Part shown: one piece after another, positions 1-9,947 of the stretch
Numbering within the stretch: position 1 is the stretch's first letter
Layout of the letters: each line of letters opens with the position of its first letter
DNA from: Oceanispirochaeta sp.
GTDB taxonomy: Bacteria > Spirochaetota > Spirochaetia > DSM-2461
NCBI GenBank assembly: GCA_963663385.2
Contig: CAXXXD010000002.1
Coordinates: 896,001 to 960,000, forward strand
Length of the DNA: 64,000 nucleotides
Direction: 5' to 3'
Made by a program: the position numbers and the translations under genes
Notes under the pieces: model-generated
The model's database searches: none
What the model was told of the DNA's origin: nothing
Seen by the model: only the letters and a program-made list of their open reading frames with translations

Positions 1-199
1 TGCCTGCAATCATCGGCTTTGTGGCCGATCGGGCCAGTTTTTCCTGTGCTCCTGCGAGCTGCTGGTCCAGATTGGCCAGGTAGAGGTCTTTGCTGTTTTC
101 TTCTACCAGATTCATATAGTCTTTCAGGCTGATCTCCTGTGCGCAGATACCGGCTGCGGTCATCAGGATAAAGGAGACGGCTAATATATATTTTTTCAT
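1..199 (-). CDS. TolC-family outer membrane efflux protein, N-terminal part (runs off the window)
   Basis: Hand translation from ATG at 199 gives MKKYILAVSFILMTAAGICAQEISLKDYMNLVEENSKDLYLANLDQQLA..., a signal peptide plus a TolC-like start. ATGA overlap with the RND stop codon. Confidence 0.7.
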   Translation of the reverse strand, partial: MKKYILAVSFILMTAAGICAQEISLKDYMNLVEENSKDLYLANLDQQLAGAQEKLARSATKPMIAG

Positions 200-3100
200 A
201 CGTTTACTACCTCAATTGCTTTTTTCAGGGCTCTTTTCTTCTTTTTCTCCTCTTTCCCGGATTCCAGGGCGTTTTCAATAGCCGGGATAACAAAAAGGGT
301 AAGGAATGTGGCGGCAACCAGACCTCCGATACTGACAAGACCCATGGGCTGGCGCATTTCCGCACCCGAACTCCCCAGACCTAATGCCATAGGGAGCATT
401 CCCAGGATTGTGGCAATATTCGCCATCAGAATAGGCTGCAGTTTGGTGGGGCAGGCTTCCAGCAGCGCTTCGCGGACACCCATACCTCCGTCTCTCAGCT
501 GGTTTGTGTATTCCAGGATCAGGATGGCATTGTTGACTACCATACCCACCAGCATGATAATGGCCATCATGGAGACCATATTCATGGTAAAGCCGCCGGT
601 CAGGAAGAGGGCTACCACTCCTATCAGGGAAAGGGGAATGGTGGAAAGTATCAAAATGGGCTGCCCAATCCGTTCCAGAATGGCTGCCAGAAGCATATAG
701 GTCAGGATGATGGCGATGACAAAGGCAAAGCCCATGTTTCTCATGGTATCATTCATCATCTCCGCATCACCGCCCCATTTCAGGGTGATGGAACCGGGGA
801 GAGTATCAGCAGCAAGTTTATCGATAGCCGTTGTGGCATTCCCCAGTACGGCTCCCGGCAGAAGCCCCGAGGTCATTTCCACGGATGTTTTCTTATTTAT
901 CCGAAGCAGCTTACTGACACCTTCTTCCACTTCGATTCTGGCAAAAAAGGAGAGGGGATATATTCCGCTCTGAGTTGATACCGGGATGTTTCGAATACTG
1001 TCATAGCTTGATACTTCTGTATCAGCCAGGGTCACACGAATGTCATACTCTCTGCCTTCCGTCTTCATCTGGGTCATTACTACACCGTCAATGGCGCTGC
1101 GCATACTCATGGCAAGATCCTGTATGCTGACACCCATCTCGGACAGTTTCTGTCTGTCCGGGTAGAGGGATATTTCCGGTTTTCCTTCTCCGGTACTGGA
1201 ATTGATACCGGTGAGTCCGGGGATATCCGCCATTCCGCTTTTCATTAGAGCCGCATATCGGGAGAGTTCATCCATATTGTCTCCCTGCAGGTAAAATGAA
1301 ACGGGAGCCGTGCCGCCATCCATCCCGCCGCCGGCGGCCTGAACCCGGATAACAGCCCCTGCTATATTGCTCAGGGCTGCTCCGATCCGGCTGGCCAGAA
1401 CAATATCGGATTCTCTGAGGTCCTTATCTATAAGGGTTATATTCAGCTTGGCCAGATTGGTCCCCGAATCGATAGAGGAGAGGGTCCCCAGGTTTGTTAC
1501 GATCTGTTCCACCTCTGTAAAGGCTGCCGTTCTGTCTTCGATCTCTTTAATCAGAACGGCGGTTTCACTGAGAGCAGCGTCTTCCGGCAGTTCCACTTCA
1601 ATGGAAATCATTCCGCTGTCCATGGCCGGCTGGAATTCAAAAGGGATAATGGTAAAAGCGAACATGGCTGCCCCGAAGAGCAGGAGAGTTCCCATAATCA
1701 GTAATCCGCTTCTCAGCCGGTTATGCAGTATCTTTTCCAGGATGAAAGCATAACCCCGTTCCATGGATTTAAAGAAGTCCTCAATTTTCTGTGAAACCTT
1801 CATCTTTTTTTTCGGTTGTTCCGGCAGCAGAAGGGAGGCCAGCATCGGTGTCAGGGTGAAAGAGATGAAGAGAGAGAAGAGAGTCGCGATAACAACGGTC
1901 AGGGCAAAATCCCCGATAAATATACCTACAATACCACCCATGGTTCCCAGGGGAAGGAAAACACATACGTTTGTCAGGGTGGAAGCTACTACGGAAACAG
2001 TTACTTCTGCCGTCCCTTTCGAGGCGGCATCCCTTCTATTGTGTCCCATCCCCTTGTGACGGAAGATATTCTCCAGAATGACAACCGAGTTCATTACCAG
2101 AACTCCGACCGATGTGGACAGGCCCATCAGGGACATCAGGTTCAGGGTTATTCCCATCTGATTGAGAATGATAAAGGTTGGAATAATCGATAGGGGCATG
2201 GACAGGGCTACAATCAGGGTAGACCGGAGATCATGCAGAAAAAACAGCAGGATACCCGCTGTGAAAATGATACCCAGAAGAATATTGCTGAGGGTATCGT
2301 TAACCGTATCCTGTACAAAAACGGAGTCATCCATGGTAATGGAGAGGTTAACGCTTTCGGGCAGCTGTTTCTTAAGTTCCGGAAGCAGGGTTTTCACTTC
2401 ATTTGCCACATTAACAGGATTCCCTTCGGGGGATTTGATGATGCTGAGCAGTACCGCATTGTCCTGACGGAGACCCGCTTTTGTATCAAAGAGGGTTACC
2501 CTTTGACGTACATCTTCCGAGGAGGGTTCAATGGTGGCCAGCTGCCCCAGTTTCCGCATCCCCGAGGCCGTCGGAATCAGCATTTCCTCCAGTTCATCGG
2601 TACTGGAGATCTCACCTTTCAGGCTGACCGAGTAATCTTCGGACTGATCCTGAAAATTCCCTCCGGGCATATCCATATTGGCGTAAGCCAGGATTCCCGC
2701 AATCTGGGTAAGATTAATCTGATTTTCATAGATAGTGCTATTATCGAATTCCACCCGGATTTCCCGTTCAAAACCACCTATAACATCAACATTTCCCACT
2801 CCCTGAATCTGGGAGATCCGGTCTTTAACCGTTGTATCCGCCAGGTAGAAGAGCTCTGTTGACTCTATGTCTCCGCTCAGCATTACTTCCATAACCGGTG
2901 AAGCTGCAATATCAATCTTGCTGATAACCGGCTCTTCCGCACCGTCCGGAAGGTTATTCACTATGGCATCAACCTTCTCCTTCGTATCCTGCAGGGCTAT
3001 GTCCGTATCCTTTTCCAGTTCGTATTCCAGAATGATAATGGAGGCGCTGTTCATACTGTAGGAGGTAATATTCTTCAGCAGGCTGATGGAACTTACTTCA

Positions 3101-3306
3101 TCTTCAATCTTCCGGGTAATCAGATTTTCAATCTGTTCCGGTGCGGCGCCGGGGTAGACTGTCTGAATGGTAATATAAGGGATTTCTGCATCGGGCATAA
3201 GATTAAGGGGGAGGTTTAAATACCCCAGTATGCCGAAAAGCAGCAGAGCGACCATGACCATTGAGATCAGAACCGGTCGTTTTATGGATATGTCTGATAA
3301 AAACAC
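196..3306 (-). CDS. RND efflux transporter permease (AcrB/AcrD/AcrF family)
   Basis: 1036 aa; 'ISIKRPV', 'YPGAAPEQIE', 'TLTPMLAS', 'PILM' motifs; two large periplasmic loops; GTG start with AGGAG RBS. Confidence 0.95.
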   Translation of the reverse strand: MFLSDISIKRPVLISMVMVALLLFGILGYLNLPLNLMPDAEIPYITIQTVYPGAAPEQIENLITRKIEDEVSSISLLKNITSYSMNSASIIILEYELEKDTDIALQDTKEKVDAIVNNLPDGAEEPVISKIDIAASPVMEVMLSGDIESTELFYLADTTVKDRISQIQGVGNVDVIGGFEREIRVEFDNSTIYENQINLTQIAGILAYANMDMPGGNFQDQSEDYSVSLKGEISSTDELEEMLIPTASGMRKLGQLATIEPSSEDVRQRVTLFDTKAGLRQDNAVLLSIIKSPEGNPVNVANEVKTLLPELKKQLPESVNLSITMDDSVFVQDTVNDTLSNILLGIIFTAGILLFFLHDLRSTLIVALSMPLSIIPTFIILNQMGITLNLMSLMGLSTSVGVLVMNSVVILENIFRHKGMGHNRRDAASKGTAEVTVSVVASTLTNVCVFLPLGTMGGIVGIFIGDFALTVVIATLFSLFISFTLTPMLASLLLPEQPKKKMKVSQKIEDFFKSMERGYAFILEKILHNRLRSGLLIMGTLLLFGAAMFAFTIIPFEFQPAMDSGMISIEVELPEDAALSETAVLIKEIEDRTAAFTEVEQIVTNLGTLSSIDSGTNLAKLNITLIDKDLRESDIVLASRIGAALSNIAGAVIRVQAAGGGMDGGTAPVSFYLQGDNMDELSRYAALMKSGMADIPGLTGINSSTGEGKPEISLYPDRQKLSEMGVSIQDLAMSMRSAIDGVVMTQMKTEGREYDIRVTLADTEVSSYDSIRNIPVSTQSGIYPLSFFARIEVEEGVSKLLRINKKTSVEMTSGLLPGAVLGNATTAIDKLAADTLPGSITLKWGGDAEMMNDTMRNMGFAFVIAIILTYMLLAAILERIGQPILILSTIPLSLIGVVALFLTGGFTMNMVSMMAIIMLVGMVVNNAILILEYTNQLRDGGMGVREALLEACPTKLQPILMANIATILGMLPMALGLGSSGAEMRQPMGLVSIGGLVAATFLTLFVIPAIENALESGKEEKKKKRALKKAIEVVNV

Positions 3307-3339
3307 GAATTTTCTCCTGAGAATTATTTATATAAAAGG

Positions 3340-3370
3340 AAGCCCCCTCGACTTCGCTCGGGGGGCTTTT
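3340..3370. repeat. GC-rich palindromic REP-like element / terminator-like hairpin between the MFP and RND genes
   Basis: AAGCCCCCTCGA-CTTCGC-TCGGGGGGCTT followed by a T-run; related 20-mer at 17375-17394. Confidence 0.55.
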
Positions 3371-3373
3371 TTA

Positions 3374-4435
3374 TTAGTTGTTGAAAACGAGCTGGGAGGC
3401 TGACTCTTCCACGACGAAAAGGGGAGACTGGTCTCTCACCTGGGAAATCCCGTCGGTTATCAACTTGTCATTGGCCTGCAGTCCGGCTGTTACTTCATAG
3501 TACATACCCTGCTTCCTGCCGGGCTGAATAATCTGGCGGGAGGCATAACCGTCCTTGTCCAGGTATACAAACCAGTTGTTCTGATTTTTCTGAATCTCAT
3601 TCCGGTGCACAACAATGGCATCCTTTATCAGTTCCGTCTCAATGTCGATGTCTGCTGTAATACCGCTGGGAACAGCATGTTCCGCATTACTGAACACTAT
3701 TTGTACGGCAAAGGCTTTCTTTCGATCGTCCATGGAGAGGTCCACCTGTGTTACCACACCGTTCAGACTGAGTCCCTCCCATTCCGCCTGCGCCCTCTGG
3801 CCTTTGCTGATCTGACGAATCTCATGATCGGCTACCCAGACAACAGAAGTCAGTTCATCATAATTGGATACGGTAAACAGGCTGTCTCCGGGGGTGACAT
3901 TCTCTGATTCCTGGACATTGAGCCTGGTGATATATCCTGATATGGGCGCTTTGACTTCCACCATATCATTCACGGTTTTCCAGTTGGCTTTCTGTACATC
4001 ATACTGTGTTCTGGTATCATCATAGGTTTGACGGGAAACACCGTTGCTGTTGTAAAGGCTTTCTATTCTGCGGAATCCTTTTTCTGCGGCTTCGAATCCG
4101 GCCTGAGCCTGGTAGTAGTTTACGGCAGGGTTATTTTTCGGGAAGCGGATGATGGGCTGGTCCTTTTCCACGTAGTCCCCCACTTCAACAAGAATCTCCT
4201 CTACCGTATCCGAAACCAGGGAGGATCCTGTCGATTCCTTGGCTCCTTTCAGGGAGGAAGTAAAAGTCAGGTAGGTGGAGAAATCCTGCTCTCCAACAGC
4301 CCTGACCTTTACAGGAATCCCCTGTTCCCTGAAAATCTCTTCCATATTTTTCATAGCTGTCTGGTCTTCCTTCTGACAGGACGATACCAGTACAATCATT
4401 AATAATATTCCGGCTATCTGTATTATCTCTTTCAT
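3374..4435 (-). CDS. RND efflux periplasmic adaptor (MFP) lipoprotein
   Basis: Start moved to MKEIIQ (GGAGG RBS); lipobox LVSSC; 'VEVGDYVEKDQPI' and 'VKAPISGYI' lipoyl-like motifs. Confidence 0.92.
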   Translation of the reverse strand: MKEIIQIAGILLMIVLVSSCQKEDQTAMKNMEEIFREQGIPVKVRAVGEQDFSTYLTFTSSLKGAKESTGSSLVSDTVEEILVEVGDYVEKDQPIIRFPKNNPAVNYYQAQAGFEAAEKGFRRIESLYNSNGVSRQTYDDTRTQYDVQKANWKTVNDMVEVKAPISGYITRLNVQESENVTPGDSLFTVSNYDELTSVVWVADHEIRQISKGQRAQAEWEGLSLNGVVTQVDLSMDDRKKAFAVQIVFSNAEHAVPSGITADIDIETELIKDAIVVHRNEIQKNQNNWFVYLDKDGYASRQIIQPGRKQGMYYEVTAGLQANDKLITDGISQVRDQSPLFVVEESASQLVFNN

Positions 4436-4611
4436 TTTATTTCTTCCTCCGTTAAAGGATACCATTAAGTTAATCATATAAGAGCCGCCCCCGCGGATTA
4501 GGGAGTGCCGGGACGGCTTTTAAAATGTATAAACCGCAAGCAGGAACGTCTTCCTGTGCTGTGATTCTAAATATACTGCCGAACGGACAGGCTTTGTATT
4601 AACACAGAGGG

Positions 4612-4642
4612 AACAAATCTGAACGGATTGTTCAGATTTGTT
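4612..4642. promoter_or_regulatory. Perfect 13-bp inverted repeat in the divergent efflux/two-component intergenic region
   Basis: AACAAATCTGAAC-GGATT-GTTCAGATTTGTT. Confidence 0.5.
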
Positions 4643-4743
4643 ATATTGGGATTTTATGGATTTACCGCAGGTTTTGTGAGAAAATGGCGCAGAGCGGTAA
4701 AGCTCCATTATAATGACAGTTATTGGAAACAGAGGGATAGAAA

Positions 4744-5439
4744 ATGAATGCCAGGATTCTGATCGTGGAAGATGAAAAGGATATTGCCGACATTATAGTC
4801 CTGTATCTTAAAAAAGACGGAGTGGAAACTATCTGGGCTGAAACAGGAGAGGCCGGCCTGGCTGTTTTTGAAAAACAGGACTTTGATCTTGTCGTTCTGG
4901 ATATCAACCTGCCTGGAATGGATGGTTTCGAAACTCTCAGAAAGATCAGACAGAAGAGTCAGGTCCCTGTCATTATTGTTTCCGCCCGTCAGGAAGATGT
5001 GGATATGATCCTGGGATTTGGAACCGGTGCGGACGATTATGTGACCAAACCCTTCAGTCCCAGCGTTCTGGTTGCCCGTATACGGGCTCATTTAAGGCGT
5101 CAGGAGGATTCCCGGGATCTGTCTGCCAATCAGTCGTATAGCTTCGGACCTTATTCATTGGATATGGATCGGCTGATTCTTACAAAAGACGGGGCTGTTG
5201 TAAACCTTTCTCCCCGGGAGATGGACCTGCTTATTTTTCTGGTTAATCAGCCGGGAAAGGCCTTTACCCAGGAAGAACTTTATCATGCCATCTGGGGAAA
5301 TGATTTCGGAGATCTCAGTACCGTATCCGTTCATATCAGAAGACTGCGCCGCAAACTGGGAGAGGACTCCTCCAATCCCTGCTATATAAAAACCAGATAT
5401 GGATTCGGGTATTTTTTTCAGGGGGATGATACTGTATGA
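4744..5439 (+). CDS. OmpR/PhoB-family response regulator
   Basis: REC domain (VEDE, LDINLP, KPF) plus winged helix (VHIRRLRRKL, YGFGY). Confidence 0.95.
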   Translation: MNARILIVEDEKDIADIIVLYLKKDGVETIWAETGEAGLAVFEKQDFDLVVLDINLPGMDGFETLRKIRQKSQVPVIIVSARQEDVDMILGFGTGADDYVTKPFSPSVLVARIRAHLRRQEDSRDLSANQSYSFGPYSLDMDRLILTKDGAVVNLSPREMDLLIFLVNQPGKAFTQEELYHAIWGNDFGDLSTVSVHIRRLRRKLGEDSSNPCYIKTRYGFGYFFQGDDTV

Positions 5440-6803
5440 ATCGCTGCGAAGGACCCCGAATGAGCTGGCGTATGGTTATTCTTAATCTGATACTGCCGAT
5501 GAATCTTCTGGTTCTTATGTTTGTACTGTTTATTCAGATCTGGTTTCTGCAATTTGAAGTTGATATGGACGGTCTGGAAACAAAACGCTTTCTGGCCGAT
5601 CCCCTGCTTGAAGTATTCAGCGATAAGGCGGAAGAGGATAAACGGGTTCCCGAGTGGATTGCCCTGGTGGTTCTGGAGGACGGTAAGGTTTATTACCCGG
5701 CGGATAATCTGGAGGAGTTCTTCGAGGGGATTATTTTTACAGAGAGACTGGACAAACTTCAGATATTCCTGTCCATGATGGTAAAGGAGATTCCTTCGGA
5801 TATGAACATCGTCCCCTTTCTCTATCAGGGGCAGAAAGGGATCTGCTTTTATTTTTACGATGCCCTGCCCAGCGCATTCAAGGTTCTACAGAAACCTCGC
5901 TACCTGATCAATCTGTTTCTTGTTACGACTCTGTTTTTTCTGTTGGGAGCTGGTATCATATTCAACCTGAAAAAGAATATGGAAGAGCTGATACAGGCCA
6001 CCCGCCGGCTGGGAGAGATGGACTTTGATACGCCCCTGATTCCGAGTAAAGACAACGAATTGAGCGATGTTTTCGTTGCTTTTGAAGAGATGCGTAAGGA
6101 GATGCTTCAGCACCGGAAGCAGGGGATGCTCATGATGATGTCCATAACCCATGATTTGAAAACCCCCCTTACTTCGATCCGGGGGTATCTGGAAGCTTTC
6201 CGGGACGGATTGGTGGAATCGAAAGAAGAGGCGATGCTGATTATCGGAACTCTTTTAAACAAAACGGGGCTGCTGGAAGAAAGAATCAATGAGATGCTGG
6301 ATTTTGCCAAGCTTGTTTCTACGGATTTTGAAAGTTCGGCACAATCCATTCCGGTCAGGGAGTGGCTTAAGGAACTGAACGGATATTTTTATGAGGAGGC
6401 GCATCTGCATAACAGGCATTTTACATCCCTGGATGATACGCCCGAGTCCCTCACCCTGTTAGGATTTGAAAAACGTCTGAGCAGAACAGTGATCAATCTC
6501 TTTGACAATGCCTGCCGCTACACGGGAGCAAACGATGATATCCGCTTTACCAGCGGTTACGATAATCAGATGAACTCTCTCATTCTCCGAATGGAGGATA
6601 GCGGCAGCGGAGTAGCTCCCGGGGACAGGGAGAGAATCTTTGATCTTTTTTACAGAAAGGACAAGGGCCGCAATACCCGTGGAATGGGTATCGGACTGGC
6701 TTCCGTTAAATTTCTGGCGGAACTTCACGGCGGTTCGGTTGCCTGTTTTGATTCGCCCCTGGGAGGCGCCTGTTTTGAAATCCGCCTCCCAGTTGAGGTA
6801 TAA
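5436..6803 (+). CDS. Membrane sensor histidine kinase (HAMP-HisKA-HATPase)
   Basis: Two TM segments; 'THDLKTPLTSI', 'NLFDNA', 'DSGSG', 'GMGIGLA'; ATGA overlap with the regulator. Confidence 0.93.
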   Translation: MNRCEGPRMSWRMVILNLILPMNLLVLMFVLFIQIWFLQFEVDMDGLETKRFLADPLLEVFSDKAEEDKRVPEWIALVVLEDGKVYYPADNLEEFFEGIIFTERLDKLQIFLSMMVKEIPSDMNIVPFLYQGQKGICFYFYDALPSAFKVLQKPRYLINLFLVTTLFFLLGAGIIFNLKKNMEELIQATRRLGEMDFDTPLIPSKDNELSDVFVAFEEMRKEMLQHRKQGMLMMMSITHDLKTPLTSIRGYLEAFRDGLVESKEEAMLIIGTLLNKTGLLEERINEMLDFAKLVSTDFESSAQSIPVREWLKELNGYFYEEAHLHNRHFTSLDDTPESLTLLGFEKRLSRTVINLFDNACRYTGANDDIRFTSGYDNQMNSLILRMEDSGSGVAPGDRERIFDLFYRKDKGRNTRGMGIGLASVKFLAELHGGSVACFDSPLGGACFEIRLPVEV

Positions 6804-6811
6804 TACTCTTC

Positions 6812-7456
6812 TCAGGCTCCCAGGATACTTTCAACAGTTTCCATCAGAACCGGATCAATTTTCAGGGAGTTCAGAGTCTTGTGATCTTCCATGAGCAGAT
6901 CTTTTTTGATCCGCGCAGAATCGACGATCATCCGCACAATGCTTTCCTGCGGTGTTTTTGCCGTATTGAATACCAGATCAAAGGCGCTGCTGCGATCGGG
7001 ATGGCCATGAAACCATCTTTCAACAAATGTTTTCCGGATTTTATCCATTTTCATAACTTCGCTTCTGGCTTCACTGACGGAGGAGAGAGTTTTATCCTTC
7101 ATATGACGCCTGACTCTTTCTTCAAGGGGTGCCCAGAGCCTTACATTAAGAACATCAGAGTAATCAGGGAATACGGCAAAACTACCCCGGCCCAGTATTA
7201 CTACATTGCCATGTACGCCGATTGCCTGAATTACCCGGCCCAGAAAATCGATCATGTTTTCCTGAAAGCTGTCCATTCTGTCCAGAAAGCCGGGCGCCGA
7301 TTCGTAAACCTGATTGAACTCAACCATACCGTACTGATCCATGATCTTTTCAATGGTTTCTTTTGTAATGAAATGATAGCCAAGTTCTTCCGCTACCTGA
7401 CTGCCGATTGTCCTTCCTCCGCTGTTCAGAAGCCGTGAAATAGTAATTACCTTCAT
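6812..7456 (-). CDS. Cytidylate kinase-like family protein
   Basis: 'VITISRLLNSGGRTIG', 'VILGRG', 'APLEERV', 'FDLVFNT' pattern. Confidence 0.8.
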   Translation of the reverse strand: MKVITISRLLNSGGRTIGSQVAEELGYHFITKETIEKIMDQYGMVEFNQVYESAPGFLDRMDSFQENMIDFLGRVIQAIGVHGNVVILGRGSFAVFPDYSDVLNVRLWAPLEERVRRHMKDKTLSSVSEARSEVMKMDKIRKTFVERWFHGHPDRSSAFDLVFNTAKTPQESIVRMIVDSARIKKDLLMEDHKTLNSLKIDPVLMETVESILGA

Positions 7457-7691
7457 CTCTTCCTCCCCAACCCATACTTTCAGGGGATTAGTACCAAGTC
7501 ACCGGGAATCACAGTATTTTTCATTCCTTTCTCCTCTAATTATAAGGGAGAGGGAATAAAAACTCCAATTTCCGGAGAAATTCAGAAAACAATTATTTTT
7601 TTTGTTGCATCCTTGACTAACAGTTCCGGAAGCAGTATTTTAAAGATAAAATAATATCGATACAAAAATATCGTATAGATAGGAGATATAT

Positions 7692-8846
7692 ATGGCTGTA
7701 ATGAGTTTTTCAATTCCCAGAAATGTTGCCTACGGCGAAGGGGCCATGCAGAACCTTGCTGGTCTGAAAGGAAAAAAGGCCGCTATTGTAACCGGCGGCA
7801 GTTCCATGAAGAAATTCGGTTTTCTTGATCAGGCTGACAAGCTCCTGAAAGAAGCCGGAATGGAAACCATCCTGATTGAAGGTGTAGAGCCTAACCCTTC
7901 GGTAAAAACAGTAAAGAAAGGGGCAGAGGCCATGCTGGCTTTCGAACCGGACTGGATTGTTGCCATCGGCGGCGGATCTGCTCTGGACGCGGCAAAGGTT
8001 ATGTGGTGTTTTTACGAACATCCCCAGCTCTCCTTTGAAGATATAATAGAGCCCGGTTCCATGCCCGGTCTGAGAAACAAGGCAAAATTCATAGCCATTC
8101 CCTCAACCAGCGGAACAGCTTCCGAGATTACAGCCTTCTCTGTAATCACCGATACGGAGAATCATATCAAGTATCCTATCGTTGCGGCTGATATGGTGCC
8201 CGATCTGGCTATCCTGGATCCTGCGCTTCCTGCCAAAATGCCCGCCCATATTACAGCAAATACCGGTATGGATGTTCTGGCGCACGCTACAGAAGCTGTT
8301 GCTTCCACTGCTTCAACCTGTTTTACCGAACCTTATGCCATGGAAGCCATCAAGCTGGTTCTGGAAAATCTTCCAAAGGCATATGCCGATGCGGACGATA
8401 TGGATGCCCGCTACAATATGCACAATGCTTCCGCTCTGGCCGGTATGGCTTTTACCAATGCCTCTCTGGGCCTTGTTCACTCTCTGGCGCATAAAATCGG
8501 AGGAGAGTTCGGTGTCACCCACGGTCTGGCCAATGCCATCCTGATGCCCTACATCATTGATTTCAACAGAAAATCCTCTGACAAGTATGCCATGGTGGAA
8601 AAAGCACTGGGCCTTGATGACCTGGCTGAGTCTGTAAGGGAACTGAACAGGAAGCTGAATATTCCCGCAACTTTCAAGGACTGTGATGAAGTAGACTTTA
8701 ACGAAGTAAAGTTCCTTAAGGTCCTGGATAGAATGAGTACAAACGCCCATGGCGACCCCTGTACCCTGACCAATCCCGGTGCGCCCACTGTTGCCGACGT
8801 AAAAGCTATTTACGAAGCGGCCTACTACGGGAAGAGCATGAAATAG
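7692..8846 (+). CDS. Iron-containing alcohol dehydrogenase (butanol dehydrogenase-like)
   Basis: 'AIGGGSALDAAK', 'PSTSGTASE', 'HSLAHK', 'HGLANA' motifs; AGGAG RBS. Confidence 0.93.
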   Translation: MAVMSFSIPRNVAYGEGAMQNLAGLKGKKAAIVTGGSSMKKFGFLDQADKLLKEAGMETILIEGVEPNPSVKTVKKGAEAMLAFEPDWIVAIGGGSALDAAKVMWCFYEHPQLSFEDIIEPGSMPGLRNKAKFIAIPSTSGTASEITAFSVITDTENHIKYPIVAADMVPDLAILDPALPAKMPAHITANTGMDVLAHATEAVASTASTCFTEPYAMEAIKLVLENLPKAYADADDMDARYNMHNASALAGMAFTNASLGLVHSLAHKIGGEFGVTHGLANAILMPYIIDFNRKSSDKYAMVEKALGLDDLAESVRELNRKLNIPATFKDCDEVDFNEVKFLKVLDRMSTNAHGDPCTLTNPGAPTVADVKAIYEAAYYGKSMK

Positions 8847-8903
8847 TTTTTGATAACGGGACCCTGATCTGATCCTTGTTTCCTAATCCCGTTTTAAAAT
8901 ACC

Positions 8904-8934
8904 GGCCGTATCACATGCTGATACGGCCTTTTCT
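8904..8934 (+). terminator. Intrinsic terminator
   Basis: GGCCGTATCA-CATGC-TGATACGGCC followed by TTTT. Confidence 0.7.
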
Positions 8935-9059
8935 GCTTTTATGGAAAAAGATTTTGTCTGGGAGGGGAGGCTCTAATAAACAAAAGATACTGCTGTTTAT
9001 TAGAAATTGAGATTGTTAATATCTCTATGCATCTCCTCTGCCCCGAACATTCATACCTG

Positions 9060-9797
9060 CTAGAATCCATGTTTCTCCATGATGTCATCCAGTGTCCCAT
9101 CCATTTCCATGGCATCCAGACCATCATTGAAATCATCTGCGAGAGTTTGGGCATTGGGGAGTTGCTTGGGAAAGCAGAGAAAAAGATCATGCTGAGCAAG
9201 AACCTTTACCATTTCTATTTGGGAGATATCAAGCCCATATTTCCTTGACTGATATTCGACAACTAATTTATCGCTAAAAAACAAATCGATCCTTTTCGCC
9301 AGGAGTTTTCGGATATTCTGCAGGTCTGAAGTTACTTCCTGCTTATCAAGATACTCCGCATTATCAAACTCTTCCTCATTGGTATAACCACGAACCACTC
9401 CTATCTGAAATTCAGAGAGTTCTTCAAGAGAATTAAACCTAATATTATCAGAAACCAGAGCAAACAGTCCGGCCGGACCTCCAGGAAAAGGGTTGGAAAC
9501 TATATATTTTTCATTCAACCCGGGAGAATAATATTCCGGTCCATAGGAATCGACTTGTCCCTCTTCTGCAAGAGAGACAACTCTAGCCCATGGCAAAAAA
9601 AGGAAAAATGTCTGGTAGCCGCTGCGTGAAAAAGCTTCAGTTATCAGTTCTCCTACATATCCATATCCTTCAAGTTCCCGGCTGATATAAGGTTGCCAAT
9701 CCAGAGTAGCAATGCTCACACGCTGCTGTGCTGTAATGGGAAATCTCAGAACGCAGCAAAAAAGGAGTATAAAAGCAACCCGTTTATAATCATTCAT
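9060..9797 (-). CDS. Orphan periplasmic substrate-binding protein (family 3-like)
   Basis: Signal peptide; 'WQPY', 'LPWARV', 'IGVVRGY', 'KLLAKRID', 'FNDGL' pattern. Confidence 0.8.
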   Translation of the reverse strand: MNDYKRVAFILLFCCVLRFPITAQQRVSIATLDWQPYISRELEGYGYVGELITEAFSRSGYQTFFLFLPWARVVSLAEEGQVDSYGPEYYSPGLNEKYIVSNPFPGGPAGLFALVSDNIRFNSLEELSEFQIGVVRGYTNEEEFDNAEYLDKQEVTSDLQNIRKLLAKRIDLFFSDKLVVEYQSRKYGLDISQIEMVKVLAQHDLFLCFPKQLPNAQTLADDFNDGLDAMEMDGTLDDIMEKHGF

Positions 9798-9947
9798 CTC
9801 CCGTCTCCAGGGTCGAAAGATCTCAAGTCTGAAATAATATTCATGATACTACATCATAAATGTCTTCCTACTTATAGTATAATTGATGTTGAATTATCCT
9901 GCCTTGATTTCCCGGGGTGCTTTTCTGATCAATAGACTTCCGTTCTG

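Noticed and set aside
308..3061. Numerous plus-strand ORFs within the RND gene, and similar short overlapping ORFs throughout the track
   Set aside because: Opposite-strand or alternative-frame by-products of real genes, lacking RBS or domain signals.
4480..4620. Known riboswitch (e.g. c-di-GMP-I) upstream of the efflux operon
   Set aside because: Hairpins are present but no consensus elements could be matched; kept only as an unexplained structured leader.
7600..7680. Rex-like operator upstream of the alcohol dehydrogenase
   Set aside because: TTGTTGCATCCTTGACTA is too weak a match to the TTGTGAA-N4-TTCACAA consensus.
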